Source: Salisapilia sapeloensis CBS 127946
Lineage: Eukaryota; Protista; Oomycota
Direction: 5' to 3'
NCBI GenBank assembly: GCA_023334545.1
Contig: JAADVB010000170.1
Span: forward strand, 1 to 42,056
Length of the DNA: 42,056 nucleotides
Position 1 is the first letter of the stretch. The number at the start of each line of letters is the position of its first letter. The notes under the pieces were generated by a model, which had not been told where the DNA came from, made no database searches, and worked only from the letters and a program-made list of their open reading frames with translations. Made by a program: the position numbers and the translations under genes. Positions 32,101 through 40,286 of this stretch are shown here, one piece after another.

Positions 32101-32497
32101 TGCACCCTGTGACGCTTTGGTCGTAGACACAGATCCAATTGCCCAATTCTTCTCCTACAAGCTCGACCCTCAGCTTGATGAAGCTCTGACTATCCATGGA
32201 AAGGAAGCTGCATTCGATTTCATCCGAGCGTTCATTCATGAAGTAACAGCCACAACATCCAGCATCTTGTCCAGTCGCACCAGCCAACTGGACGAAATGC
32301 TACAGCACTTACTTCAAACACTAAGTCTCGATCTCTTCGTTGCTTCCCAACACACAATCTACAACCTCCATCAACAACTTCTTCAGTCCCAATGTCAGTA
32401 TGAAGATGCTCGAGTGTCTTATCAGGTAGAACTACAAGCCCTATCTCGACTACTGGAAGCTCAGAAACAAGCAAACGACACTAGTGTAGATGAATAA
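26171..32497 (+). CDS. Large uncharacterised coiled-coil protein (2108 aa)
   Basis: Uninterrupted 6.3-kb ORF with true ATG; heptad-like E/Q/K/L composition; basic, SP/TP-rich N-terminus; no catalytic motif recognised. Confidence 0.85.
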   Translation: MSDQRDSIYESPRGTKRLPKPPSSRHTPYASSVSTVLPYLKKYQSRDEARQIISPRHGIAKTRVAREPPSVKTAWKTPRSPKQSDIDDIIPEARELEMEPENQEKEVEIRTMKPLLLPSVEAAYLSNQELYPVDLDALSRVNEKFLEITSTALNHADSIQEQLPNLEQTSSNTLAAIEDLMSQVTTLHQLHEDAKQSYMKHVAELTHTHNEDITRLQTLNDQEKELMKAEYTSEIADLRLTSQAAIRDLEDQLVRQRQELLEGKRVELDVLTARFTQEYNLLLESSAADQVQLQEQLEDEKREHERIVCTLQMQSEDSLTALNNRRIAENVQVRKKMKETKIDFINRLAALQEEHESAEMAAKKSAVAELELARTSHAHELNSVIKSYELQLSNLNQQHVNKIDAMSSESSAREKSMSEEFETRHSFSSNAHKQEMHQTVLQYEAKLNELRQACEEDIAELRHQHAEQIAGLRETHAAQVLSLETTVEELNTQMTNDKASLTNEITTSKKQITELEDIAMHLRDTIKVLAGRTKEAKELSLMTVGEYEMHIVHHKEVQEKLASKLKCTEMELQQAHAELLSKANEIITLNDTVQRREDEIQKLHAQLLNTIQTGESTNEVLNETSGHLQSRTKELETTKAALRLESGRLSRAEESMQAKDSMLEDSTQKVESLTMALETFRTETKKLQMEMKLQAEHAQTDIELKNAEIQRLQTIQTDLQTKCSEYQAAITQLESDVRRIEKQREEGLRRIDLLQAEAEHREESIRSGENTLVDKDKIISQLKQQKKKVDVENSRLEATLSSRKEKIKALQTEIERRTMQNEEMHTRFRSSVEHIHDEQLARRKSERNLLLLELDGLKDMLKQYQGVHEKLVASQTDVADLTEERNTLAKEIVQLQTNLETVESEKELEEEKLAAITIQLQQAQQYLHAYQQEKEVTAALCRGTENIHALGTDSVQQYLTQVQHILKQAQVATCSEEPFQLAELSILVSEAAYLKQFFDAIMTKSDESLPSPPTSNLLHHEEISTHIQACHDFQRDCRKTLDLPTRTSAPKEVITLIGQLRDILAQLANLHPNKQAETRDSGKQDPDGDTYLLGSEIDIAFDMLNELRALSNFSSSLVLSKEGTSSRTAKDFELLKVPSKTPSDVSEGQQNRFSKESNKQKRLQRTKSFPDYNSAEPLVSIENITSYSPLLPPRIVTTGIQDDEKEMMDSSHSIDMRMWLHSPNCSDWKDKENNLRPTSPTDMGTLVKEHAALLDFAQRTFHLILPRQELPSLFEAFSIVADQAAQLSASKEDLGKQLELGTSDSTTSVQDAIPDKPNNIFTKLEDVSAHLEEYAGLIELFQEHPEWLSIGETQPVGLESMAECVCSALKRQYDESKERHEDEESKEFEALSNQVMSLVHVALGSSDNDSDSFNTIAAENRRRRYAGFVSGLEAVQTVLTSLQNDLASTQDLLQMTVKNKEEIEIDLGVERSKMIDTQSQLRVEQSQLMETQTELQLEQNRLIETHAELQETILKLNTLARQHDLCQVSTKSAQEIPSDVTNPVSKPYVDPFGDRVLAYELGAAQSLLTGLLIQNSIQAQCDQNQAQGQYTALEAEYTATLKRLLHLQQSHADTLSVMDARREEIEASNKKVQELTQSLETATFHINQFEEASDRKIKELEQSLESATFHMRETEQAVATELESESSFLNQHGITFDITAPQVSRREIYTKYMELRKQYDEQINAIEQAVKEEQEFFNRDLIAAPFERVQTPDYSRIDVYRTLLETHQKESEDEKDKSSAIISSLHDDIVVLESERMKLHVQLDDAVEKFASLDNSIQVRDTMTDMLEQVAYHDLEAKRITSQERYESRCMMYEEFYTRDIQRAHKGISEALHNQANQYTFQEMLKDKVIEFQTNYHYPPHDSILNEMMKRNTAATSKIYRCIRLTTNILNACISNRQHPRGASLRNDTTGMIPISDIKQAVATCVKELKALKDYLNAPCDALVVDTDPIAQFFSYKLDPQLDEALTIHGKEAAFDFIRAFIHEVTATTSSILSSRTSQLDEMLQHLLQTLSLDLFVASQHTIYNLHQQLLQSQCQYEDARVSYQVELQALSRLLEAQKQANDTSVDE

Positions 32498-32509
32498 CAA
32501 GTACATTAA

Positions 32510-34260
32510 CTACTTTTCGGTGTTTCGATTAGCATTATCATTCGCATGGCGTGTGTTCTGCCACCACTGTGTAAGCGACATACGAGGCCACTGGAACAAA
32601 ACGTTCCGTTCATCCTCTTCTTCCTCACTCACTTCTTCGTCGCTTCGAAGCATATCTTCGCCGATTTCATCTTCCATCTCATCCGTCTCGACTTCATTCC
32701 GAGCCATCTTTTCTTTCTCCACAACCACTAGTCTCGAATACGTCGCAAATACATCTTCATCGAGATACTTTCGAGGATTACTTTCAATCAATTTCAATAA
32801 ACGAGTAAAGTGCGGTTGGACTTCTGAGATGGGTACATGGAGATTAAAGGACAGTTGCGCGTAGATGGTAAACTCCATCGTTAACACCTCTCTCGATGGC
32901 AATGAATGCGTATGATCAATCGATTCTAACACTTGCTTCACTCGATTCTTCATCGCATCCGATGCTTCCGGCTCATTGAACTTGACAGCCAGGAGGAAGC
33001 AGCACGACATGTACAGCTTTCGATTCGCCTTTGTCACATACTACACCACACCATTAGCTCCATTCACATCTAATAAACAACTTTCGTACGTTATTCAGCA
33101 CTAGCTTTTCAAAGTAGACACATGCAAGTGCGGCCGTGGCAACTTCCATCCCGAGTTGATGGCAAGCATCTAGTGTCTCCCGCTTTAAGTTTCGAATTTT
33201 GCTTAGACTCAATTCACCCGTGAGCCATGTATGCTTCTCACGGAACTTTTGATTCAACTCCTCTGCCAGTTCATGCGGCTTGACGAACAAAAGAATGCTA
33301 CTAACGACTGGTCCAATGTTCTTATTGCCACGAACAACGTGACGATGACGACCTTGACGAAACGCAGGGTCGTCTAGATAGTTTGGATTATATGGTGGAA
33401 GGACCGGATGGTCGTCCTGACGATCGCGATCCGGATCACACTTGGACCAGGTCGCGTGGAGGAGGCGAAAGTAGGACTTACCACGCCAGTCGTAGTCCTG
33501 AGGCTCTATGTGTGGGATGGACGGAAGACGCTGTCGTCGGCGAGGGGTTTCGTTGCCGTCATACTGATGAAAAGGATAAGCATAGAGCATCAAAATGGTA
33601 TTAAAAAATGTACTTTGTTGATGCTGATGGTTGCAATAGGGTAGCCACGTCGACCTGAAAAGTAAAGACGAGAGTCTAGGACACCTTTCTCGTTCGTGTT
33701 CGACTCCCACCGACGCACCACAGCTGAAGTCACTGGGTTCTTCGTCGTAAATCGATAGCGCAGGGAAGATGGTACACCGATGACCTCGGCATCATATCCG
33801 GGTAGACGACGTCCAGCGGTAGACTCCGGTGACGTGTTGACATCGTCGAACGAAGGTGGATTGACGGGCATGTCGGCCACATTATTCGAGTCTGTCGTCG
33901 GATTGGCATTGTTACGAGGAGATAGCGGTATATTTTCTTCTGCTTTTAAAGGAATGGTTTGAAGGAAATCCAGCGCTGCAATATCTCGAGTGATCTTGCG
34001 AGAATGACCGTAGTAGGCCGATCGAGTACTATGCGTGCCATGTGGCGAATCCAACTATGATCAATCAGTCAAATAAGATGTAGATCGCAGTCTATTGGCA
34101 TTTAAATGACCTTGGACGTCGAGTGGGACGTCTTACGATGTATCCTAGAAGAATAGGACGGTGATAAAAGGCTAGGAAAGGGTGGAGAATTGTTATATTG
34201 CTTCTCTTCGAGCCCCGAGTCGCTCGGAGAGGACACAAATCCTTCCATTTCCATTTCCAT
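32510..34260 (-). CDS. CABLES: CABLES-family cyclin-fold protein (about 531 aa, 4 exons)
   Basis: Exons 34260-34111, 34054-33614, 33563-33090, 33040-32510; introns 56, 50, 49 nt, all phase 0. Motifs IAALDFLQTIPL, YNPNYLDDP, LSLSKIRNLKRE, ACVYFEKL, NRKLY and LTMEFTIYAQLSFNLH match CABLES1/2. Exon 1 is less certain. Confidence 0.85.
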
Positions 34261-34427
34261 TTTTTATTGTCAGTTTAGTGTGTCAGAATCGTACTTTGCA
34301 GAAACGTACTATTTATACCATAATCAACCGGACAATAAGCATATAAAATAGAATGAAAATGACCAAGCTGTTTCGTAGGCCTCACCACCGGACAAATTCC
34401 TATTTGGAGTAGAGAACAGAGGGCATC

Positions 34428-35043
34428 ATGATGCTTGTGCAGCGCTCGTTGGCTCGCCGTGCCACTTCGGTCACGCGTGTACCGCAAACTTCATCCGTGC
34501 GTTCCTTCCGCCAAAGTACGTCTACTTCACGTTTACTCTACGACAGCAAATAGGGATTTATAACTTGCTAAACTCTACTCTTCTTTCAATCTGCTACAGG
34601 CGCTCCTCGCCGTTATACCAAAAACGAGGAAGCTGAAGGCATCAATGGAATCATCCAAGGTACAATTTTTAGGATACATATCACACAATCAATCTTACCA
34701 CGTATATCTAGCCGACAACTCGAAAACCATGATGAAGATGTACCACTACACTTCCCGTGGATTGCTCGCGTTGACCCCGGTTGCGTTTGTGCTTTCACCA
34801 TCGCCTCTGGCCATGCCAGTCGATTTGGCGGTCGGTATTATGCTGCCTCTCCATGCTCACGTCGGCATGAATCAAGTCATTTCGGACTACGTTCCTCACA
34901 ACATGCGCACGCTAGCTCGTCTCGGATGGCTGGGTGTCACTGGTGTCATGTTCTTTGGTCTCCTCCGTGTCAACTTCGAGGGACCCGGCATCACGGAGGC
35001 GGTCAAAACGATTTGGCGTGAACCTCCGAAAGAACAGCAATAA
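34428..35043 (+). CDS. SDHD: Succinate dehydrogenase cytochrome b small subunit (159 aa, 3 exons)
   Basis: Exons 34428-34515, 34600-34659, 34712-35043; introns 84 and 52 nt. Arg-rich presequence; heme/quinone motif PLHAHVGMNQVISDYVP; three hydrophobic helices. Confidence 0.9.
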
Positions 35044-35106
35044 AGCACTTTCTTTTCCGTTTTCTTTCCAAGTCAGAAAAGTTTCTTTAATATTATGAAA
35101 AGTCTT

Positions 35107-35713
35107 TTAGCTCTCGGACTTGATCGGCACGAGTAGAGTTGCAGAGCCTTCGACGACGACGGCACCGGTAGAGGTTTTCTCACACACAGTTTCACAGTCA
35201 ACGAAGCGCTTGCGAACACGAACGACTTTAATACGTGCAGTCACTTGTTCATCCACGAGTAGCGGTGTCCGCCATCGAAGCGTTTGCTGGATGTAGACAG
35301 CTCCAGGAAGACTGCGGCCGATGATGGTGGCAAAGAGACTGGCGGAAAGTAAACCTTGGACCACTGGCTTCCTTTCTTCTTGCTGACTCGTTTCAAGATG
35401 CTGCTCCGCAGCGCTGGCGTCCGTGTGGATGGGATTGTTGTCGCCCGTTAGAGTTGCAAATTGCTGTGCATCAGATAGTGAAAAGCTGTGGCGTAAGGAA
35501 GCATGCACGCCGATCTCCGGGATGTGTCCACTGGGAAGCTAGAAGCGGGTTTAGAGAGTGCAGATGGTACAGAAATGGTCACGTAGGTACATTCAATAGG
35601 CTTCCTTCAATGTGATAGTCAGCAGAGGAAGCAGCAGACGAGTAGCGTTTTGCAATGGCTGGCAGAATTTGGCTATTCACATGCCGATGGTGCAATGGGA
35701 TACGACGGAGCAT
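35107..35713 (-). CDS. MaoC/hot-dog dehydratase, HTD2-like, probably mitochondrial (about 184 aa, 2 exons)
   Basis: Exons 35713-35591 (MLRRIPL..KRYSSAA, presequence-like) and 35538-35107; 52-nt GTACCT..TCTAG intron. Catalytic FATLTGDNNPIH (D-x4-H). The track starts at 35508 and 35809 are GTG and TTG. Confidence 0.8.
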
Positions 35714-36589
35714 GGTCGAAGCCGGAGGTACTCGCTTTCGGATGACGGCGGTAGGTTGATCTATTTTCACACCATCACTAAAACTACGCCTATGGAAATG
35801 CTTGCTCAAACGATTTTCTAGTTGATCGTCGCCAGAAACCGCTTTGGAGAGCGTTTCGAAAGCCAGAAGTGGATCGTGACGGCGTGGAATGTTGGGAGGT
35901 CAGCACGCCCGTATTGGATCGCGCGAAGGAGCTAATTATAATGCAAACGTTTGCTACAGGTATTTACACACAAAGTCTTTTGATTCAACTTTCCGCCCGA
36001 CTTATTGTTCTGTGTCGCTTGGCACGTGTTGTACGAGGTTTCTCACAGGAAAGTAGTCTCCACCTTCCTTCCGACGTGCCCTGGCTACCGTGTTACCTCT
36101 CACGATCGCAGTGTGGTCCACGTTCGAGAATACCTTGAGACGCAGTCGGATTGGTCTGAAAATCAGTCTCCAGCTGCTTCGTCTGTACTTCAACTGGAGA
36201 AGGATATCGTGAGTAGCTCTTCCATATTTATTACTTTCTACAAGTTTTCTCGTCTGAATGCTCCGCTCTCCTTCCTTCGATCTTCCCACTCAATGCTTCG
36301 AATATGGTGTCGAAGACACCTCGATCACGTGCAATACCTGTTCGCGGCGTACCATCTGCGATACGTCACATACAAAATTCCAGTACGAAACATCCAGTGT
36401 CTTGGTTTTTCTATACGACCGTCCAATGAGTGGCTGCAAACCGGAGGAAGAAAAATATATAAAAAAGCGAAAAAAGCCGTCTACGGCGCCCACCTTAGTT
36501 TCCGCTCTATTTTATAATTTCGCAGACACTACGGAAAGAGCAGTATTTTTAGCGCGTATCCTATTTAAACGCCCACTTCTTTAAACAAA

Positions 36590-37567
36590 ATGCTCGTCTC
36601 GACCATGGACCACGTCAGCTACTCGTACTACCCCGTCCCGAAGGAAGGCGGGTACGTGGACCTTTCCATGCACCCGCACCAGAGGGACGCGTATGCCTAC
36701 GGAGGGCCATCACCGCCCCCGCCGCATCACGGACACCCGGTGACCAACACTCCGGAGGAGACCAGTCCCAAGAACGGCACCAAGTCGTCCTTGTACAAGA
36801 CCGAGCTATGTAAACGGTTTAGCGAGTTTGGGTCCTGTCGATACGGCGCCAAGTGCCAATTCGCCCACGGCGTCAACGAGCTCCGACACGTCGTTCGACA
36901 CCCCAAGTACAAGACGACGAAATGTAAGTCTTACTGGGGATCCGGACACTGTCCTTATGGCAGCCGCTGCCGCTTCATCCATGATGAAAGTGAGGCGTTG
37001 CTTGCGCAAGCCCATCAGTTCGGACCCCCGGCTCACGCGGGGCTAGCGGCGACCTCGAGCAGTCCCAACCTGTACCTCCATGACCCAAAGCAGGACCCCA
37101 TGGCGCTATCGATGAACTCGTACCAGGAATCCTACGCGCCGCCGCCACCGTCCTACTTGGCACCGTTCGAACGGAACGCGTGGGCTTCACGAAGCCATCC
37201 GAAACTTTCTCTTCAAAAGAGTATGGGGGACGGCCAGGAGCATTCCGACTCGGGTTCGAGTTCCCCTGGAACGATCGGCCACACGAATTCACTGCAGAAC
37301 ATGCCGTTGACGGACGCTGGCGTGTCGGACCCCGAGGGCTACCCGGACTTTAAAGATGCCATTGACGCATTGATGAAGTTCTCGATCGATTCGGACGAAA
37401 CGGAGGAGAAGAGTGGATCGAAAGAAGAGTTGTGGAAAAGCTTTTCAGGCAAGGACGAAGCGTGGAGTCTAACGGAACTCAACCTGGACGCGACGCCGTT
37501 CGAAGACAAGGACAAGGAGAAGAAGTCGGAAAGTCCTCGACTCAGTGTCTTTGAGCGTTTCCACTAG
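36590..37567 (+). CDS. ZFP36: Tristetraprolin-family tandem CCCH zinc-finger protein (325 aa)
   Basis: YKTELC-x8-C-x5-C-x3-H and YKTTKC-x8-C-x5-C-x3-H with an 18-residue linker; C-terminal RLSVFERF resembles the NOT1-binding motif RLPIFNRI. Confidence 0.9.
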   Translation: MLVSTMDHVSYSYYPVPKEGGYVDLSMHPHQRDAYAYGGPSPPPPHHGHPVTNTPEETSPKNGTKSSLYKTELCKRFSEFGSCRYGAKCQFAHGVNELRHVVRHPKYKTTKCKSYWGSGHCPYGSRCRFIHDESEALLAQAHQFGPPAHAGLAATSSSPNLYLHDPKQDPMALSMNSYQESYAPPPPSYLAPFERNAWASRSHPKLSLQKSMGDGQEHSDSGSSSPGTIGHTNSLQNMPLTDAGVSDPEGYPDFKDAIDALMKFSIDSDETEEKSGSKEELWKSFSGKDEAWSLTELNLDATPFEDKDKEKKSESPRLSVFERFH

Positions 37568-37603
37568 ACGTTGACCGTCCACTCCTTTAGCCTTGCCACG
37601 CAC

Positions 37604-37628
37604 TTTTATTTACATTTTTCATTATTTG
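37604..37628 (+). promoter_or_regulatory. AU-rich element candidate in the 3' UTR of the TTP-family gene
   Basis: TTTTATTTACATTTTTCATTATTTG, with TTATTTA at 37606-37612, about 40 nt after the stop. Confidence 0.35.
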
Positions 37629-37719
37629 TTTAGGAGTTAAGAAAGAAGATCTTTTTCTTGTCGCTCACTAAGTTAAGATAGGGTGTGAAGGCGAAAGGAA
37701 AGAAAAATATAACAAAAGC

Positions 37720-38260
37720 TTATCCTTTCTTGGCGGCCGTTTGTCGTTTTGGAGGCTTGAGTGCTTTCTTCGTCTTTGCGGCACCTACGTTGTGGATCTT
37801 TTGGACCTTATTACGTTGCTCGGCCAAAATCTGTGCCTGTGTCTTTTGAACTGCCTTGTCCTTGGGAAGAGCAATATCCGGCTTCTTCTTCGCTTTCGGC
37901 TCCTCCACGACCACGATGCGACGTCTGGCATCCCACGCCCGCATGCAGCTAATGTATACATGTCAGATCTTTTTTACAACAGAATGACACGAGAAAAGGA
38001 CCGTATGAGTGCCCAGAAACTAGACAGAACATTAGTCGCGGAAGCAAATAGGGTGTCAAAATAGCTACCAGGGACAAGTAAAGACCATCGTGAAGACCGT
38101 CACGAGCATGATGATGTCTAGACATCGAATTACAAATTTGTAAGGAGAGTAGAAGAGCAAAAGTACTGATGTCGTAGACTTGCAGCTCAGCGACTAGAAT
38201 CACGATGGAGAGAAAGTAAGAGATGCCGACACAGCGGACGGCGACTTCAATCGGCTCCAT
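37720..38260 (-). CDS. Small membrane protein with two hydrophobic segments and a Lys-rich tail (129 aa or longer, 4 or more exons)
   Basis: Exons 38260-38167, 38117-38069, 38019-38002 (18 nt), 37948-37720; introns 49, 49, 53 nt GT-AG, two with clear CTAAT/CTGAC branch sites; total 390 nt in frame. An extra upstream exon is possible. Confidence 0.6.
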
Positions 38261-38504
38261 CTCGTGCTTGTTTCTCCAGAATGTGGCAACCGACTCTTGC
38301 GCGTCTACTTATCTATTTGAAACCGACTACAGCAAAATCTACGTTCACGACGAACTAAACGTGCAAGAGATAATTACGGTAAAAATAGACGACCGAGATT
38401 TCATGCCATCTTACTCTCTTTTCTTTGAATTATCTTTTCTTTGGAAACATGAGGCAAAATCGTACTTCATCGCGTGTCCTTGAGCAACCAAACAAGGACA
38501 TCAA

Positions 38505-40085
38505 ATGAGGAGAGCGGTCGTACTCCGTTCAGCGGCCGCTGACGGCGCCAGTAGCTTCTCTCGCTTCTTTTCGAAGCCTGTGATCGGTAAAGCATCTTTT
38601 CAGATAAATGCACATGCAATTATGTTGCATTCCGTGCAATATGTGCATTGGAATAGACAGATGAGCCCATTTGGCTTTGACACTAACATGCTTTCATTCG
38701 AGTAGCCGACATGAAAGAGATGAAGACGATTAATACAGTGCAGCAATTGGCGGAAAAGGCGTCTGGTCAACCAGTGCCTTCATCTCTTTTGGCTCTGGAA
38801 GGAGGACCGAAAACGTGGATCGAAAACTCATTTACAGCTACGCCCGAAGAGGTCCCATCAAAGCCTCATACCTTGCTTTCCAAGGTATGCATGCTTGCAT
38901 CATTACCATATATGACATCAGACTGTTATTTTACAATTTATTTCAACATTACCTGGTATTCATGACATTCTGTAACTGATGCTGTTGCATTTAGGACGAC
39001 TTTAATGCAGTTCTTGAGACTGCTTCTCGTGAGCTACAGGCTACGGAAGATTCAATTTGGACTGTCAAGCCAGCAGTGGATTGCATGACAGAGGAAGAAA
39101 TTAGTTCGAACCAAGACTGCGACGCCTACATCGAAGCATTGGCCATTTCCCTCGCTCGACACAAGACAAAACAATTGGCCAACTGTTTTGACATTCTTGA
39201 CACCAACTTTGACGGTACATTCTTCTACAAAATTTCCATATTGTAGACCCGACACGATTCCGATTACCATAGCCCAATATTCCATGAATCACATCCCGCT
39301 GATTTCCATCCATGTATAGGTCAATTAAAAGTGGCGGATGTGGAGAAAGCGCTTTCGAAAGTCATAGCATCAACGGATGAAGAATGGCTGCGAGGTACAT
39401 TTTACCGATTCTATCCATATTTCTTTTCTAATGTATGAAAATAGCCATGTTCGAGCTCTTTGACACCGACAAGGACGACTGCGTTTCGGAAGACGAGAGT
39501 CGGCGTATCCTTGAGACAATCGTCGAGGCCCAGAAAGAAGCCATGGCTCACCTCTTCACCTCGCATGTACTTATCCACCAGCGACGATTTGTAGGATACT
39601 TGTCTCAATCGAAACTGTAGGTGGCCAATATGCCAAAGAAAGTGGACAAAGTATTCTGGAAGGGTGTGAAGGAAGAAAATTGGACGTCCAAGATACCGGA
39701 AAAGGTCCGATGCACCTTCCACTTCGCCTCCAAAGTCGAGGACACCACGCCTCCCAAAGTCCAATGGCAAGCATTCAAAGAGTCTCAGGTACCTTAATTT
39801 CATACGGCGAACAAATAAGATATAACTAACGCTACCTCTATCACTACAGGAGAAGGAATTTCCTGATCTGTTTGACCTGCAGGCAGTGTACGCCAAAGGC
39901 TTTTATAACGACAGGTACGATCGCGTCAACACGCACGTTTTCTCGATTCGATTTTCTCATTCAATACATACATATCTAGACACACGTTCCATGAACGGAA
40001 GCAGGAAAAAAGATCTCAGCGTCAAACAGGTGTCCTCCTCGCCTTGTTCCTCGGCGTCGTGGACTACCTTGCCGCTGTCTACTAG
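38505..40085 (+). CDS. Uncharacterised two-EF-hand protein with presequence-like N-terminus and C-terminal TM helix (about 338 aa, 8 exons)
   Basis: Exons 38505-38586, 38706-38884, 38995-39214, 39320-39394, 39445-39566, 39621-39788, 39850-39914, 39980-40085 (1017 nt, in frame). EF loops DTNFDGQLKVAD (formed across a splice junction) and DTDKDDCVSEDE; ends TGVLLALFLGVVDYLAAVY-stop. Confidence 0.75.
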
Positions 40086-40118
40086 ATCAGAGCGCTATCC
40101 AAATTGCAATACATCTGC

Positions 40119-40134
40119 TCTCATTGGTTGAAAA
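40119..40134 (+). promoter_or_regulatory. Reverse CCAAT box upstream of PDI
   Basis: TCTCATTGGTTGAAAA, about 160 nt upstream of the PDI ATG. Confidence 0.5.
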
Positions 40135-40254
40135 GCACCTTTTCTCGCTCTTTATTTGTTAAAAACCACTTGCGAGATGGCGGATCTGGACCATACTTCC
40201 GGCAAGAGAAACGCGACTTCCACGTGGAAGCAGCCAGATCCAAATCACTCAGTA

Positions 40255-40272
40255 GCTCATTTTCCATTTTGC
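40255..40272 (+). promoter_or_regulatory. Oomycete Inr+FPR core promoter of PDI
   Basis: GCTCATTTTCCATTTTGC matches GCTCATTYYNCAWTTT exactly, 14 nt before the ATG at 40287. Confidence 0.85.
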
Positions 40273-40286
40273 CTTCCAACGTCAAC

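Noticed and set aside
38885-39319. Hidden micro-exons inside the 105-110 nt introns of the EF-hand gene
   Set aside because: Internal AG/GT sites would give 32-39 nt introns and a 34-nt frameshifting exon; the EF loop is already continuous without them.
34428-40085. SDHD, HTD2-like and EF-hand genes as a mitochondrial gene cluster
   Set aside because: Different pathways, interleaved with unrelated genes; three such genes out of 19 is unremarkable.
40104-40286. 61-aa N-terminal extension of PDI
   Set aside because: TTG start; the segment holds the CCAAT box and Inr+FPR, and the signal peptide begins at 40287.
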